The translations under genes were made by a program, and so were the position numbers. Positions 29,401-37,557 of a stretch of 64,000 nt of DNA are shown here, piece by piece. Source of the stretch: a virus (Duplodnaviria > Caudoviricetes); IMG/VR virus record IMGVR_UViG_2799112265_000001, positions 67,783 through 131,782 of that record. One strand, given 5' to 3'. The notes under the pieces are model-generated. The model made no database searches and was not told the origin of the DNA. It saw only the letters and a list, made by a program, of their open reading frames with translations. Numbering within the stretch: the first letter of the stretch is position 1; the number at the start of each line of letters is the position of its first letter.

Positions 29401-32400
29401 ACTACTGGTGGCGGCCGGGGGGCCAGAGAAGCGAAGAACGCTTCGACACCCCCGAAGAGGCCGCCCGCGGCTTCGCCAGCGAGCTGCGGGAGAACAACCT
29501 GCCGAGCCTCAGCGCGCCTGCCGACGGCGGCGACGGCCACGACGGCGGAGACGGCCGGGCCAGCCGCGCTCGGGACCTGTTCGGCGAGGGCATGAACGCG
29601 GTGGGCGGCGACTCGCTGCCGGAGATGCAGGAGCTGAACGACCGCCTGGGCCGGGCCGACACTGCGGAGGACCGGGACGCGGAACTCGGCGACATCGCCG
29701 ACCGCATGGACGGGCTCGCTGACCAGTACGGGCTCGCAGGCCCGCAGGGTGAGCTGGCTGCCGACCGGTTCCGTCGCGCGGCGCGTGCTGCGCGAGGCGA
29801 GCACGACGACCACGACAACCGTGCAGACGCACCCCGCGACGACCAGCACGGCGACGACAGCAACGAGCCGAACCCCGACGACACGCAGACCCGCAACGAC
29901 GACCAGAGCCAGGCGGACAACGAGGACGAGCAGCGCGGGGACGACCAGGACAACGGCCGGCCGCGCAGCGACACGGACCCCGACGGAGCCGGTCCCGACG
30001 GCGGGCCCGACGCTGGCGGCCCCGGCGCCCCCGATTCCTCCGGCGAGGACGGGGACTCGACCGACGACAACCGCGGTGACGCCCCCGACCACACGGACGA
30101 AGAGGGCGACGCCCCGGGCCCCGACGAAGAAGGCCAGGACGAGGAGGACAAGAACGACGACGACAAGAAGCGGCGCCGCCGCAGGAACAGGGACGGCGGG
30201 GGTCCGGGAGGCCCCGGTGGACCCGGTGGCCCGGGCGGCATGGGACTGCCCCACCTGCCCCGGCTCAGCCCGCCCGCCGCGCCCGGAGGAGGCGACGGCG
30301 ACGGTCGGGGTCGACACGGCCGGGACCGGCACCCGCGCACCGGCCACGACGGCACCCCGCACCGCGACACGGAGTCGCTGCGCAACGCGTGGCGCACCGG
30401 AGCAGGCCTTACGGAGGCCGAGGACACCCCGGAGCGGCGTGCCGCCCTCACGGAGGCCGCCGACCGGGAAGGACTCCAGTTGTCCCCGGACGGCGGTCTG
30501 GCGACCTGGCCCGAGCCGCAGGCCGACGGCAGCACCGTGTGGCGGTTCGCCCAGGCCCGCAACGGCTCCAACCTGCCCGGCGTCACCCTCACCACCGACG
30601 ACCCCGAGGAAGCCCGCGCGCTCGCCGGACGGTTCGAGGACCTCATCGGCAACGACGGACGCCCCTTCGACTGGCAGGCCGCATGGGGGCCGAGCAGCCT
30701 CGCCCAGTGGCGCGACAGCGAAGGCCGCACCCTGCCCCGCGCCCTGCGGGACGTCCAGGAGGACTACGAGCAGGAACGCGCCGGCGAGTTCACGCTGCCC
30801 GACGATCTGTCCACCCTCGACGACGGAAGCCTGGAAGAGGCGCTCCGGCACGGCCTCGGCCCGCAGGACTTGCAGCGCCTCATGGCGGAGATGGACCGCC
30901 GCGACGGCCACACCGACGAGCGGGTCCGCGCCGCCGTGCCGGACACCCCGCCCGAGGACGCTGCCGAAGCCGAGCGCCGCGCCCGCGCCATGGACGAGGC
31001 CCTCGGGTTCAACGGGACCGACGTCACCGAGCCCGTGCCGCCCACCCCTGGACGTCTGCGCCGCGAGTTCGACGCTGCCGACGAGGAGCGTTTCCAGGCC
31101 GCCATGGAGGCCACCGGCGGCCGCATGCTCACCCCCGAGGCCGAAGCCGCCGGGGTGGACCCGCGCGCCGTGTTCTCGGGCGGCAAGTACAGCAACAAGG
31201 CCGCGCGGGATCTGGCGTCCCCTGAGCTGAACACCTGGCTGTACGGCGACGACACCACGCCCGGACACGGCCGGCTCACCTACCCGCAGTACCGGGCGCG
31301 GGAAGCCGACCGCGTGCTCCGTGCCGAGTTCGCCGACTGGGACGACGCCCGCTACCGGCAGGCCATCGAGGCGACGAACGGCTACTTCTTCAACCGGGAG
31401 CACAAGTACGGCGACCCCGGCTTCAACGAGCGGGAGCTGTTCTCCGGCGGCAGCCTGTCCGCCCGCGACCGGTGGCGGCAGTACGCCAGCGAGGAGTTGC
31501 AGGACTGGTACGACGCCAACGGCGGCCGTCAGACCTTCGCCCAGTACAAGGAGGCCCGCCGGGCGGACGACCGGGCGGAGCGCCACCAGCACGAGGAGGA
31601 GCAGCGGCGCGCCGCCGAAGGCGTTGCCACCGGCAGCACTGCCCCGGAGGACGTGCAGCCTGCCCCGGCGGCCGACGCCGACGCCGGTACGCCCGCACCG
31701 ACGGCGGCGCCCCGAGCGACGATGCGAGGGGAGAACGAGGAGGACGCCGCAGCCCGCTTCGGCGGCCGCGACCGCATGCAGGAGTTCGCCGCGAGGGCCG
31801 AACTCCGGCCCGACGCTGCGTCGGGCGGCGAGGCGGTGTGGCTGGACGGCCGCAGGATCGGCACGGTCGTCGACCTGAACCGCAACACCCCCGAGCGCGG
31901 GCCCCTGTGGCGGGCCCAGCCGTACTTCGGGCTCGACGAGTCCCGTACCAGCCGGGCCCAGTCCCGTGACGCGGCTGTCGCCGATCTCGTCTCCCGGGCC
32001 GAGCAGGACGGCCCCAACGACTCTACGCACCCCAGCGAGGACGTCTGGGACACCGTCACCCTTCGGATGGCCAGCGTGAACCGGGAGCTGCCTCCGCTCC
32101 CGGACTCCCTGCGTAACGATCCGGACGCCCGCGCCCGGTACGAGCGGCTGACCGGCATGGTCGACGCCTTCCGGGACCAGCGTTCGCCCAGCGGCGACCT
32201 GCGCAACGACCTGGTGCAGGCCCGCGATGACCTGACGTGGCTGCGGGACGCCGTGAGCCGCTCGGGCGAGCCCAGCCAGAACCGCGAGACCGTGGCCGAC
32301 CTGGACTCGCGGATCTCCTGGGCTCAGGACATGACGGACGCGCTCGGGGAACCGCCGGCCGGTGACGTCGCACGCCCGCTCCCGGACGCCGAACCCCACG

Positions 32401-35400
32401 TCGCCGGCGACACCCCGTCTCCCGACCTGCCGTCCCCCGACGCACCGGACGACACCCCGGACACCCCGGCCCCGCCCGCTGAACCGGCGCCGCTCCCCGG
32501 CGAGGCCCCGGAACCGGTCGACGGCCAGCCCGCGCACTGGGCGCGCGTCGCCGACCTCACCCCCGGCGACATGGTCCGCATGACCGGCACCACCCGGCGC
32601 GGCCGCCACACCCAGCGCGCCGGATACCTGTACACGGGACCGGTCCGCGTCGAGGTCACCCGCCGCGGCCGCACCGAGCAGATGTGGCGGAGCTGGGTCA
32701 CCGCGAACCCGGACGGGACCGGCTCGGCCGGCAACGTCTACACACCGCTCAACGCCGCCGCCGCCCGCGCGGAGACCCCCGGCAACGTGGCGCCCGGCTC
32801 CCCCGCCAGCGGCGCCCAGGCCGCGCTGCGCTCCGGCGACCTGCCCGACACCATCCCCTCCGACCGTGAGGGACGCGGCCTGTTCCCCGGCAGCACCGTG
32901 AGCGGCCCCGGCGACCGCGCGGGCACCGTGACGGGCGCAACCAGCAGCACGGTGTCCGTGGACTGGACGGACGGAGACGAGGAGGACGGGCTCGCCCCGA
33001 ACGTGCTCACCGTGACCAGCGAGGAACGCCCCGACGGGTGGACGTCGTCCGGGCAGCGGATCACGTCCGGCCAGGTCGTGTCCGGCACCGACGGTGCTCT
33101 CCTCGGCCCGGTCGACGACGTCGACGGCGACCGCGTCACCATCACCACCTCCTCCGGAACCACCACCCGGAGCGCCGCCGACCTCCAGGTCACCGGCCAG
33201 GTCCGCGACGACGCCGCCGACACCCCGCCCATCACCGGCATCGACACCCCGGCGGCCGCCGACATCAAGGAGGGCGACATCGTCGTCCTCGACCTCGACG
33301 GCACACCCTCCACCGTGGCGGTCACCGGCAGCAGCCGCAGCGGCGACCGCGTCACCCTCCAGTACGCGGACACCACCACCGGCGAGATCGGCGAGATCGA
33401 CGTCGACTCCACCGCCGTCCTGGCCCGAGCCCACGGGGAGGACGGCCACGCCCCCGACCTTGGCCCCGGCGACGCCCCCGACGCCGATGACGACCTGGTC
33501 GTGCACGAGCCGCCCCGCCGCATCGACCCGGTCACCGGCCCCGTACTCGACCCCGGCCTCACCACGGGCGACCGGGACATCATCGGCGACCATGCCGACG
33601 GCCCCGACGACGACCCGGACGCCCAGCAGGCCGCGGCCCGGATCGACGACGACCTTCCGGTCACCGACCAGCAGGCGGCCGCGCTCGCCACGCAGCTCCG
33701 CAGCTCCGCCGACCCGTCCACCCCCGAGGGCCGCGCGGCGATGCGTGCCGCCGACCACCTCGACCAGGCCGCCGGCCGCACCCCGCCCACCGGCCTGGAC
33801 CGGCCACGCCCGTCGAACGTCGCCCAGCTCGGCGAGGGCGACCACATCGCCATGCCCGACGAACGCCACGGCGACCAGGTCCGCGTGTTCCGCGTCATCG
33901 ACGCCGAAGACGCCCCCGGCGGCCTGCGCAGCCTCCTCCTGGAAGACGAGGACCGGCAGTGGCGGCGCCGCCTCGTTCACGGCGCCATGCCCGTCTGGCA
34001 GCTCCCCGAGGCCCGCCCGGACGAGCCGACCCCGCCCGCCCCCGACGACGCCCCGGACCCGGTCGCACCGTCGACCCCCGCAGCACCGTCGGCCCCCGCG
34101 GTCACTCCGGCTGCCCCGGCGCCGTCCGCGCCCGTCGCCCAGGCGCGCCCCGGAAGCCTCCGCGTCGGAGACGTCATCGACGCCCCCACGTCCCGCACCG
34201 GCTACCAGTTCCAAGGGCACCGGCGGCTCACCATCATCAGCCCGCCCCAGCGCAACGGCTGGTGGATGCAGCTCACCGGCGTAGACGATGAGGGCAACGT
34301 CCACGACTTCGGGCTGCACTCCGGCCGCGCAGTCAACGTGTACGAGCGGAACCGGCCCACCCCGGCCCTTCCGCCGCTCGGCGCGCCCCGCGACCCCAAC
34401 CCGGCCCCCCAGTCCAGCGCCGACCGGATCATCGCCGACCATCCCCGAGCGGTAGCCGCCCGGATCATCGCCGACGCCATCGCGGGCACCGACCCCGCCG
34501 GAGACATCCACGCCCTGCGCGAGCAGATCGCCCAGCGCCTCACCGCCGAGGCTCTGCGCGACGCCCGCCAGGCCGCCCGCCGAGACGCCCACGCCGCCCT
34601 CGACGACGCCGGCGTCACCGGCCGCGACCGGGCCGCCGCGATCCAGGCCCTCAAGCAGGCCCGGCAGGACGCCCACAAGGCGACCGTGCGGGCCGCGCTG
34701 CGCACCATCAACGACCTGGAGCCGCTGCCCGACGAAAGCGACGAAGACCTGGCCGCCCGCGCGCGGGACCTGCTGAACCTGATCCCCGACCAGATCGGCG
34801 GCCGCGCCGCCCACCGCCCCGGTGACCGGGCCCCCGGCGTGACCCGCTCGGTCACCGGGCACGTCGACGACGCCGTGAACACGGTGCTGCGGCAGTTGCA
34901 GGCCGCGGGTGTCGACCCCGGCGACGCCGAGGGCATCGTGCGCGCTCTCACCCAGCAGACGGGCCGTACCCGGCAGGCCACCGCCCGCCGGATCGCCCGC
35001 CAGGTCACCGCCGCCAACCCCGACGCCGCCCGCCAGCCCGGCATGTTCGCCCACATCGTGGCCGCACTGGTCAAGATGGCCAAGCGCCTCGCGGAACTCG
35101 TCCGCGCGGGCGCCCAGAAGATCGCCGAGAAGTGGGAGGACACCAAGGAGCGCGCGGCCCGTCTGCGGGCGTTCCTGGGCCGCATGGTCCGCCGGGTCCG
35201 GGAGTGGCCCGAGTCCCGCCGTCTGGCCCGCCTGCACCGTGCGGTGAACCTCCCCGACGCGGAAGGCGAGTCCCTGGCCGCCCGCATCACCCACTGGGCC
35301 GGACTGATGCCCGAGCCCGGCCGATTCGGGCAGACGCAGCAGCGTGTCACCTGGTGGCGCCCCACCTCGTGGGCGCAGCTCGCCGCCGGACGGCTCCCCG

Positions 35401-36287
35401 GCCGCTCCGACCGCATCGGCTGGGCGCCGGACCGCGCGGCGGACGGCGGGCCGGGCCTGACCGGGCTCCGGCACCTGGCCGCGCTCCGCGCCGCCGGCAG
35501 CGACGTCGACCAGGCCGTGACCCGCCGTCTCTCCCAGGCCCTGGGCGACGACTTCGGGGACGACCCGCACGGCGCGCTGCAGCACGCCGACGACTACCTG
35601 GCCGCCGCCGAGCGCCGCCTCGTCAGCCTGCAGGCGGCCCGGTCCGACAGCCTCCTGCACGCCGACCCGGACCTGGACGTGGAGATCGCCGCCGCCCAGG
35701 CCGAGGTCACGGGCGCCCGCAGCGAGTGGGCGGACCTGCGCGACCGGTACGCCGCCGCAGTCCCCGACGCGGTCGCCGACGCCCTTGCCGAGATCCGCGA
35801 CATGGGCCCCGAGGGCAGCGCCGGGCTGGTGTTCGGCCCGGACTCCACACCGGACGCCGAACGCGCCGTGCGGGGCGTACAGCGCCTCATCCCACGCACC
35901 TGGCTGAGCACCCCGGCCGCCCGCCGGATCACGGCTGTGGACGGCACAGCGGGCGACTACGAGCCCGACGACCAGCACATCACCGTGGCCGACCTCGGGG
36001 ACGACGGGGCGGGAACCGCCGCGCACGCGCTCGCGCAGCACCTGGCGCGGCACGTCGGCGACCTCGACTCCGCCCAGCGGGCCTACTGGTTCTCCCGGAC
36101 CCACACCGGCCGGCCCGGCGCGCGCCGGATGCGGCCGAGCCGACTGTCCCGCGTGCTGCGGCGCGAGCAGACGCAACCGGATACGGGTGACAGCTTCGCC
36201 CGGTCTGTGCAGGCGATGTTCAACGGGGACTGGTACCTGGACGACGACCTGCGGGCCTTCCTCTTGGGCCTGCTCGCCACCCGATAG
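26433..36287 (+). CDS. giant (~3,280 aa) multidomain head-associated protein
   Basis: Uninterrupted ORF with strong GC3; WNPALHPRDSKGRF; internal domain repeats; lies between portal and protease. Confidence 0.85.
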   Translation: MLNRPTAQALSSDLSDGLEAKATRRPWNPALHPRDSKGRFIETGGVVRLWGGKLARVVRALPHDRILVQDQSGPNQFNGERRTSSAKWVTMVARPDGSAPTGDEKKVAEEDERRQVDPRRGNGVVHDDGGDPDTPDDPHHVDDQGQPLGDDHGDGPDAGDDQPESADAAHPVNVRALPNQRYADGARYADTAAVREHFLQLAEQPSTQPGMAAFLRSVAHDDDLHVTPSGRLAILRNSDGRWNLTATGTGQRMDDAGDFATVQDATRFAEHLEDEVRASNGKPFDFSDPSLDQAARTWRSEWNENVQAAIVRARTEFSAEQAAPQQDPKTPHPDAPGGQVTLSPDEVSQSLDAVRPEGSRAPSTMTDAELRDEIVDLMGREMENGGELSGPDRTRMRVLEAEEARRAGRAPKQDSAKPKPAVDEGGLFDIDQPVTAQPSRAADPNNPDDQPDDELGTPDMFADHEGRDTAGLRAAEIRSAAELEVGDRYADADGNVHTVAEKPVRTPRGRTRLVTDDGQERLYTADAEVRLQPKDETTPNGTPNSPDIAPEPTPDEIPPVPIGEQRPADMDDAALQAEIDAMEEWRQRHIVPGGEGPTVPRQELSPTVSAIGDRRGKLMDEQRQRSTRQEARERAEAEQQAKRDALARAEVGKRAADGTFPVTVDGESIGSVEKTGRDWYGTYSDGTSVYDHKTKGDAVAALVRLHDARTQHEQDRVRQEEARTQAPEGWLFGDRDDLAENDIIRLPRTQRDRDGRAYPVGWGEPVRVRSVERHDNGRMTLSVTHLDGSRAGTGVVMMDGPGKDAGFVWATDRTRPEPTPQWRNELRPRMADIGDDVATLLNHADGIDGQDQDRMRRLGELIRRVEDGDTEDLQADLRKIRDEAAWLEEQYNNPDLPYETRTYRSWAVAAHGKAQRALDHPDFQHGSTGNGPDTAPDADAPNAGSAPDWADDLGDSVWLDQPSNTHDSRNIYVDGRIEALLGGDRAQGGYYWWRPGGQRSEERFDTPEEAARGFASELRENNLPSLSAPADGGDGHDGGDGRASRARDLFGEGMNAVGGDSLPEMQELNDRLGRADTAEDRDAELGDIADRMDGLADQYGLAGPQGELAADRFRRAARAARGEHDDHDNRADAPRDDQHGDDSNEPNPDDTQTRNDDQSQADNEDEQRGDDQDNGRPRSDTDPDGAGPDGGPDAGGPGAPDSSGEDGDSTDDNRGDAPDHTDEEGDAPGPDEEGQDEEDKNDDDKKRRRRRNRDGGGPGGPGGPGGPGGMGLPHLPRLSPPAAPGGGDGDGRGRHGRDRHPRTGHDGTPHRDTESLRNAWRTGAGLTEAEDTPERRAALTEAADREGLQLSPDGGLATWPEPQADGSTVWRFAQARNGSNLPGVTLTTDDPEEARALAGRFEDLIGNDGRPFDWQAAWGPSSLAQWRDSEGRTLPRALRDVQEDYEQERAGEFTLPDDLSTLDDGSLEEALRHGLGPQDLQRLMAEMDRRDGHTDERVRAAVPDTPPEDAAEAERRARAMDEALGFNGTDVTEPVPPTPGRLRREFDAADEERFQAAMEATGGRMLTPEAEAAGVDPRAVFSGGKYSNKAARDLASPELNTWLYGDDTTPGHGRLTYPQYRAREADRVLRAEFADWDDARYRQAIEATNGYFFNREHKYGDPGFNERELFSGGSLSARDRWRQYASEELQDWYDANGGRQTFAQYKEARRADDRAERHQHEEEQRRAAEGVATGSTAPEDVQPAPAADADAGTPAPTAAPRATMRGENEEDAAARFGGRDRMQEFAARAELRPDAASGGEAVWLDGRRIGTVVDLNRNTPERGPLWRAQPYFGLDESRTSRAQSRDAAVADLVSRAEQDGPNDSTHPSEDVWDTVTLRMASVNRELPPLPDSLRNDPDARARYERLTGMVDAFRDQRSPSGDLRNDLVQARDDLTWLRDAVSRSGEPSQNRETVADLDSRISWAQDMTDALGEPPAGDVARPLPDAEPHVAGDTPSPDLPSPDAPDDTPDTPAPPAEPAPLPGEAPEPVDGQPAHWARVADLTPGDMVRMTGTTRRGRHTQRAGYLYTGPVRVEVTRRGRTEQMWRSWVTANPDGTGSAGNVYTPLNAAAARAETPGNVAPGSPASGAQAALRSGDLPDTIPSDREGRGLFPGSTVSGPGDRAGTVTGATSSTVSVDWTDGDEEDGLAPNVLTVTSEERPDGWTSSGQRITSGQVVSGTDGALLGPVDDVDGDRVTITTSSGTTTRSAADLQVTGQVRDDAADTPPITGIDTPAAADIKEGDIVVLDLDGTPSTVAVTGSSRSGDRVTLQYADTTTGEIGEIDVDSTAVLARAHGEDGHAPDLGPGDAPDADDDLVVHEPPRRIDPVTGPVLDPGLTTGDRDIIGDHADGPDDDPDAQQAAARIDDDLPVTDQQAAALATQLRSSADPSTPEGRAAMRAADHLDQAAGRTPPTGLDRPRPSNVAQLGEGDHIAMPDERHGDQVRVFRVIDAEDAPGGLRSLLLEDEDRQWRRRLVHGAMPVWQLPEARPDEPTPPAPDDAPDPVAPSTPAAPSAPAVTPAAPAPSAPVAQARPGSLRVGDVIDAPTSRTGYQFQGHRRLTIISPPQRNGWWMQLTGVDDEGNVHDFGLHSGRAVNVYERNRPTPALPPLGAPRDPNPAPQSSADRIIADHPRAVAARIIADAIAGTDPAGDIHALREQIAQRLTAEALRDARQAARRDAHAALDDAGVTGRDRAAAIQALKQARQDAHKATVRAALRTINDLEPLPDESDEDLAARARDLLNLIPDQIGGRAAHRPGDRAPGVTRSVTGHVDDAVNTVLRQLQAAGVDPGDAEGIVRALTQQTGRTRQATARRIARQVTAANPDAARQPGMFAHIVAALVKMAKRLAELVRAGAQKIAEKWEDTKERAARLRAFLGRMVRRVREWPESRRLARLHRAVNLPDAEGESLAARITHWAGLMPEPGRFGQTQQRVTWWRPTSWAQLAAGRLPGRSDRIGWAPDRAADGGPGLTGLRHLAALRAAGSDVDQAVTRRLSQALGDDFGDDPHGALQHADDYLAAAERRLVSLQAARSDSLLHADPDLDVEIAAAQAEVTGARSEWADLRDRYAAAVPDAVADALAEIRDMGPEGSAGLVFGPDSTPDAERAVRGVQRLIPRTWLSTPAARRITAVDGTAGDYEPDDQHITVADLGDDGAGTAAHALAQHLARHVGDLDSAQRAYWFSRTHTGRPGARRMRPSRLSRVLRREQTQPDTGDSFARSVQAMFNGDWYLDDDLRAFLLGLLATR

Positions 36288-36297
36288 GAGAGAGCCG

Positions 36298-36564
36298 ATG
36301 TTCACCGTCACCGGAGCCTTCGACGACGGCGCGACCTACACCGTCCAGGTCACGGGGGACGCCGCCCGCCCCGTGGCGGGGTCGCGTCGCGCGGCCGCCC
36401 TGGTGGAGCTCCACCAGGGCGAGCAGATCGCGCTGTCCCCCACAGGCCCCCGGCGGCCCGTCGACGGGGCCGATACGGCGACCGTCCTTGCCGTGCTCCG
36501 CGAGTACACCGATGTGATCGAGGAGGGGCCGGGGGCGCCCCGGCGGGCTTCGGCCCTGCAATAG
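36298..36564 (+). CDS. hypothetical protein
   Basis: AGGAG RBS; MFTVTGAFDD... Confidence 0.7.
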   Translation: MFTVTGAFDDGATYTVQVTGDAARPVAGSRRAAALVELHQGEQIALSPTGPRRPVDGADTATVLAVLREYTDVIEEGPGAPRRASALQ

Positions 36565-36571
36565 AGCCGAT

Positions 36572-36605
36572 CCGGGCCGCTTGCACAATTGTGCAAGCGG
36601 CCCGG
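36572..36605. repeat. 34-bp perfect palindrome
   Basis: CCGGGCCGCTTGCACAA|TTGTGCAAGCGGCCCGG. Confidence 0.85.
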
Positions 36606-36691
36606 CGGACGTCCGGTCGAACCCGATCCCCACCGTTTCCTTGCGCAGCAGGAGAGGACGCAAGCCCCACCTGCTGGGCACGGTGCGCGCC

Positions 36692-37285
36692 ATGACCAGA
36701 TACGGATTCGCCATCAAGGCGCTCCCCAAGGGCGCCAAGCCGTTCGGGGAAGAGGAAGACGACAAGAAGCCCGACGGCACCAGTGAGCTGACACAGCCCG
36801 ACGCCGGCACCGGCCCTGCGGAGCCCGAGCCCACCCCGGCCACGGACAATCCGTTCGCCGACCCCGGTACCGAACAGCCCGACCCGGCCGCCGACGAGAC
36901 CTCCGATGGCGGCCAGGAGCCGGCCGAAACCGAGGCGGAGACGCCGCCGGATGCGCCCGCTGACGACGCCCGCCCCTGGGCTGGGGACGAGTACAGCGCG
37001 GGCGACGAGAGCGACCCGGCCGACGCGTTCTCCGCCTACACCGGCAGCAACGGAGAGCAGGCTTGGCTCGACAGGGACACGGACGGCACACTCACCGGGT
37101 GGGTCCGTGACTCCACGGGCCAGGTCTGGCGCTACACCGACCCCGACGCCTGGGCCGACGACGTCGACGGAGCCCAGATGACGCAGACGCACAGCCAGGC
37201 CAACGGCGACACGACCAGCCAACAGCCGGACTCCGCCACTGCACCGCAGGCCGGGGTCCAGGACTCGATGTTCCAGGGGAGCTGA
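36692..37285 (+). CDS. acidic low-complexity head-region protein
   Basis: ATG 8 nt after promoter motif; D/E/P-rich. Confidence 0.7.
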   Translation: MTRYGFAIKALPKGAKPFGEEEDDKKPDGTSELTQPDAGTGPAEPEPTPATDNPFADPGTEQPDPAADETSDGGQEPAETEAETPPDAPADDARPWAGDEYSAGDESDPADAFSAYTGSNGEQAWLDRDTDGTLTGWVRDSTGQVWRYTDPDAWADDVDGAQMTQTHSQANGDTTSQQPDSATAPQAGVQDSMFQGS

Positions 37286-37288
37286 CCA

Positions 37289-37498
37289 GTGCAACTCGAC
37301 CGCCAGACCGCCCTCGCGCTGATCGCCGAGGGTAAGGCCGCGCAGGCGAATGGAGACCCCTCCGACGCCTGCCCGTACGACCGACTGGGCAACGCGGAGC
37401 AGCAGTTCGGCAGCCGGTACTGGACGAAGGGCTGGTCCACGGCCCGCTCGGCAGCAGAGGAAGCCCAGACGGCCGCCCCGGCCACAGCAGGACACTAG
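37289..37498 (+). CDS. Rmf (ribosome modulation factor)-like small protein
   Basis: EGKAA..G....CPY...YW.KGW resembles the Rmf signature. Confidence 0.6.
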   Translation: MQLDRQTALALIAEGKAAQANGDPSDACPYDRLGNAEQQFGSRYWTKGWSTARSAAEEAQTAAPATAGH

Positions 37499-37557
37499 GC
37501 AGGCGCACTCGGCACGGTGCCCGGCAGTTCACTGTCGTCCACCGGAGGTTCCCCGCC

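Noticed and set aside
26433-36287. Giant protein as an N4-like virion RNA polymerase reading the hairpin elements
   Set aside because: Size is similar, but I saw no single-subunit or DxDGD polymerase motifs
28776-36311. 2511-aa antisense ORF, and other long antisense ORFs such as 22326-24785 and 57666-60581
   Set aside because: Shadow frames produced by high-GC codon bias opposite well-supported genes; no motifs
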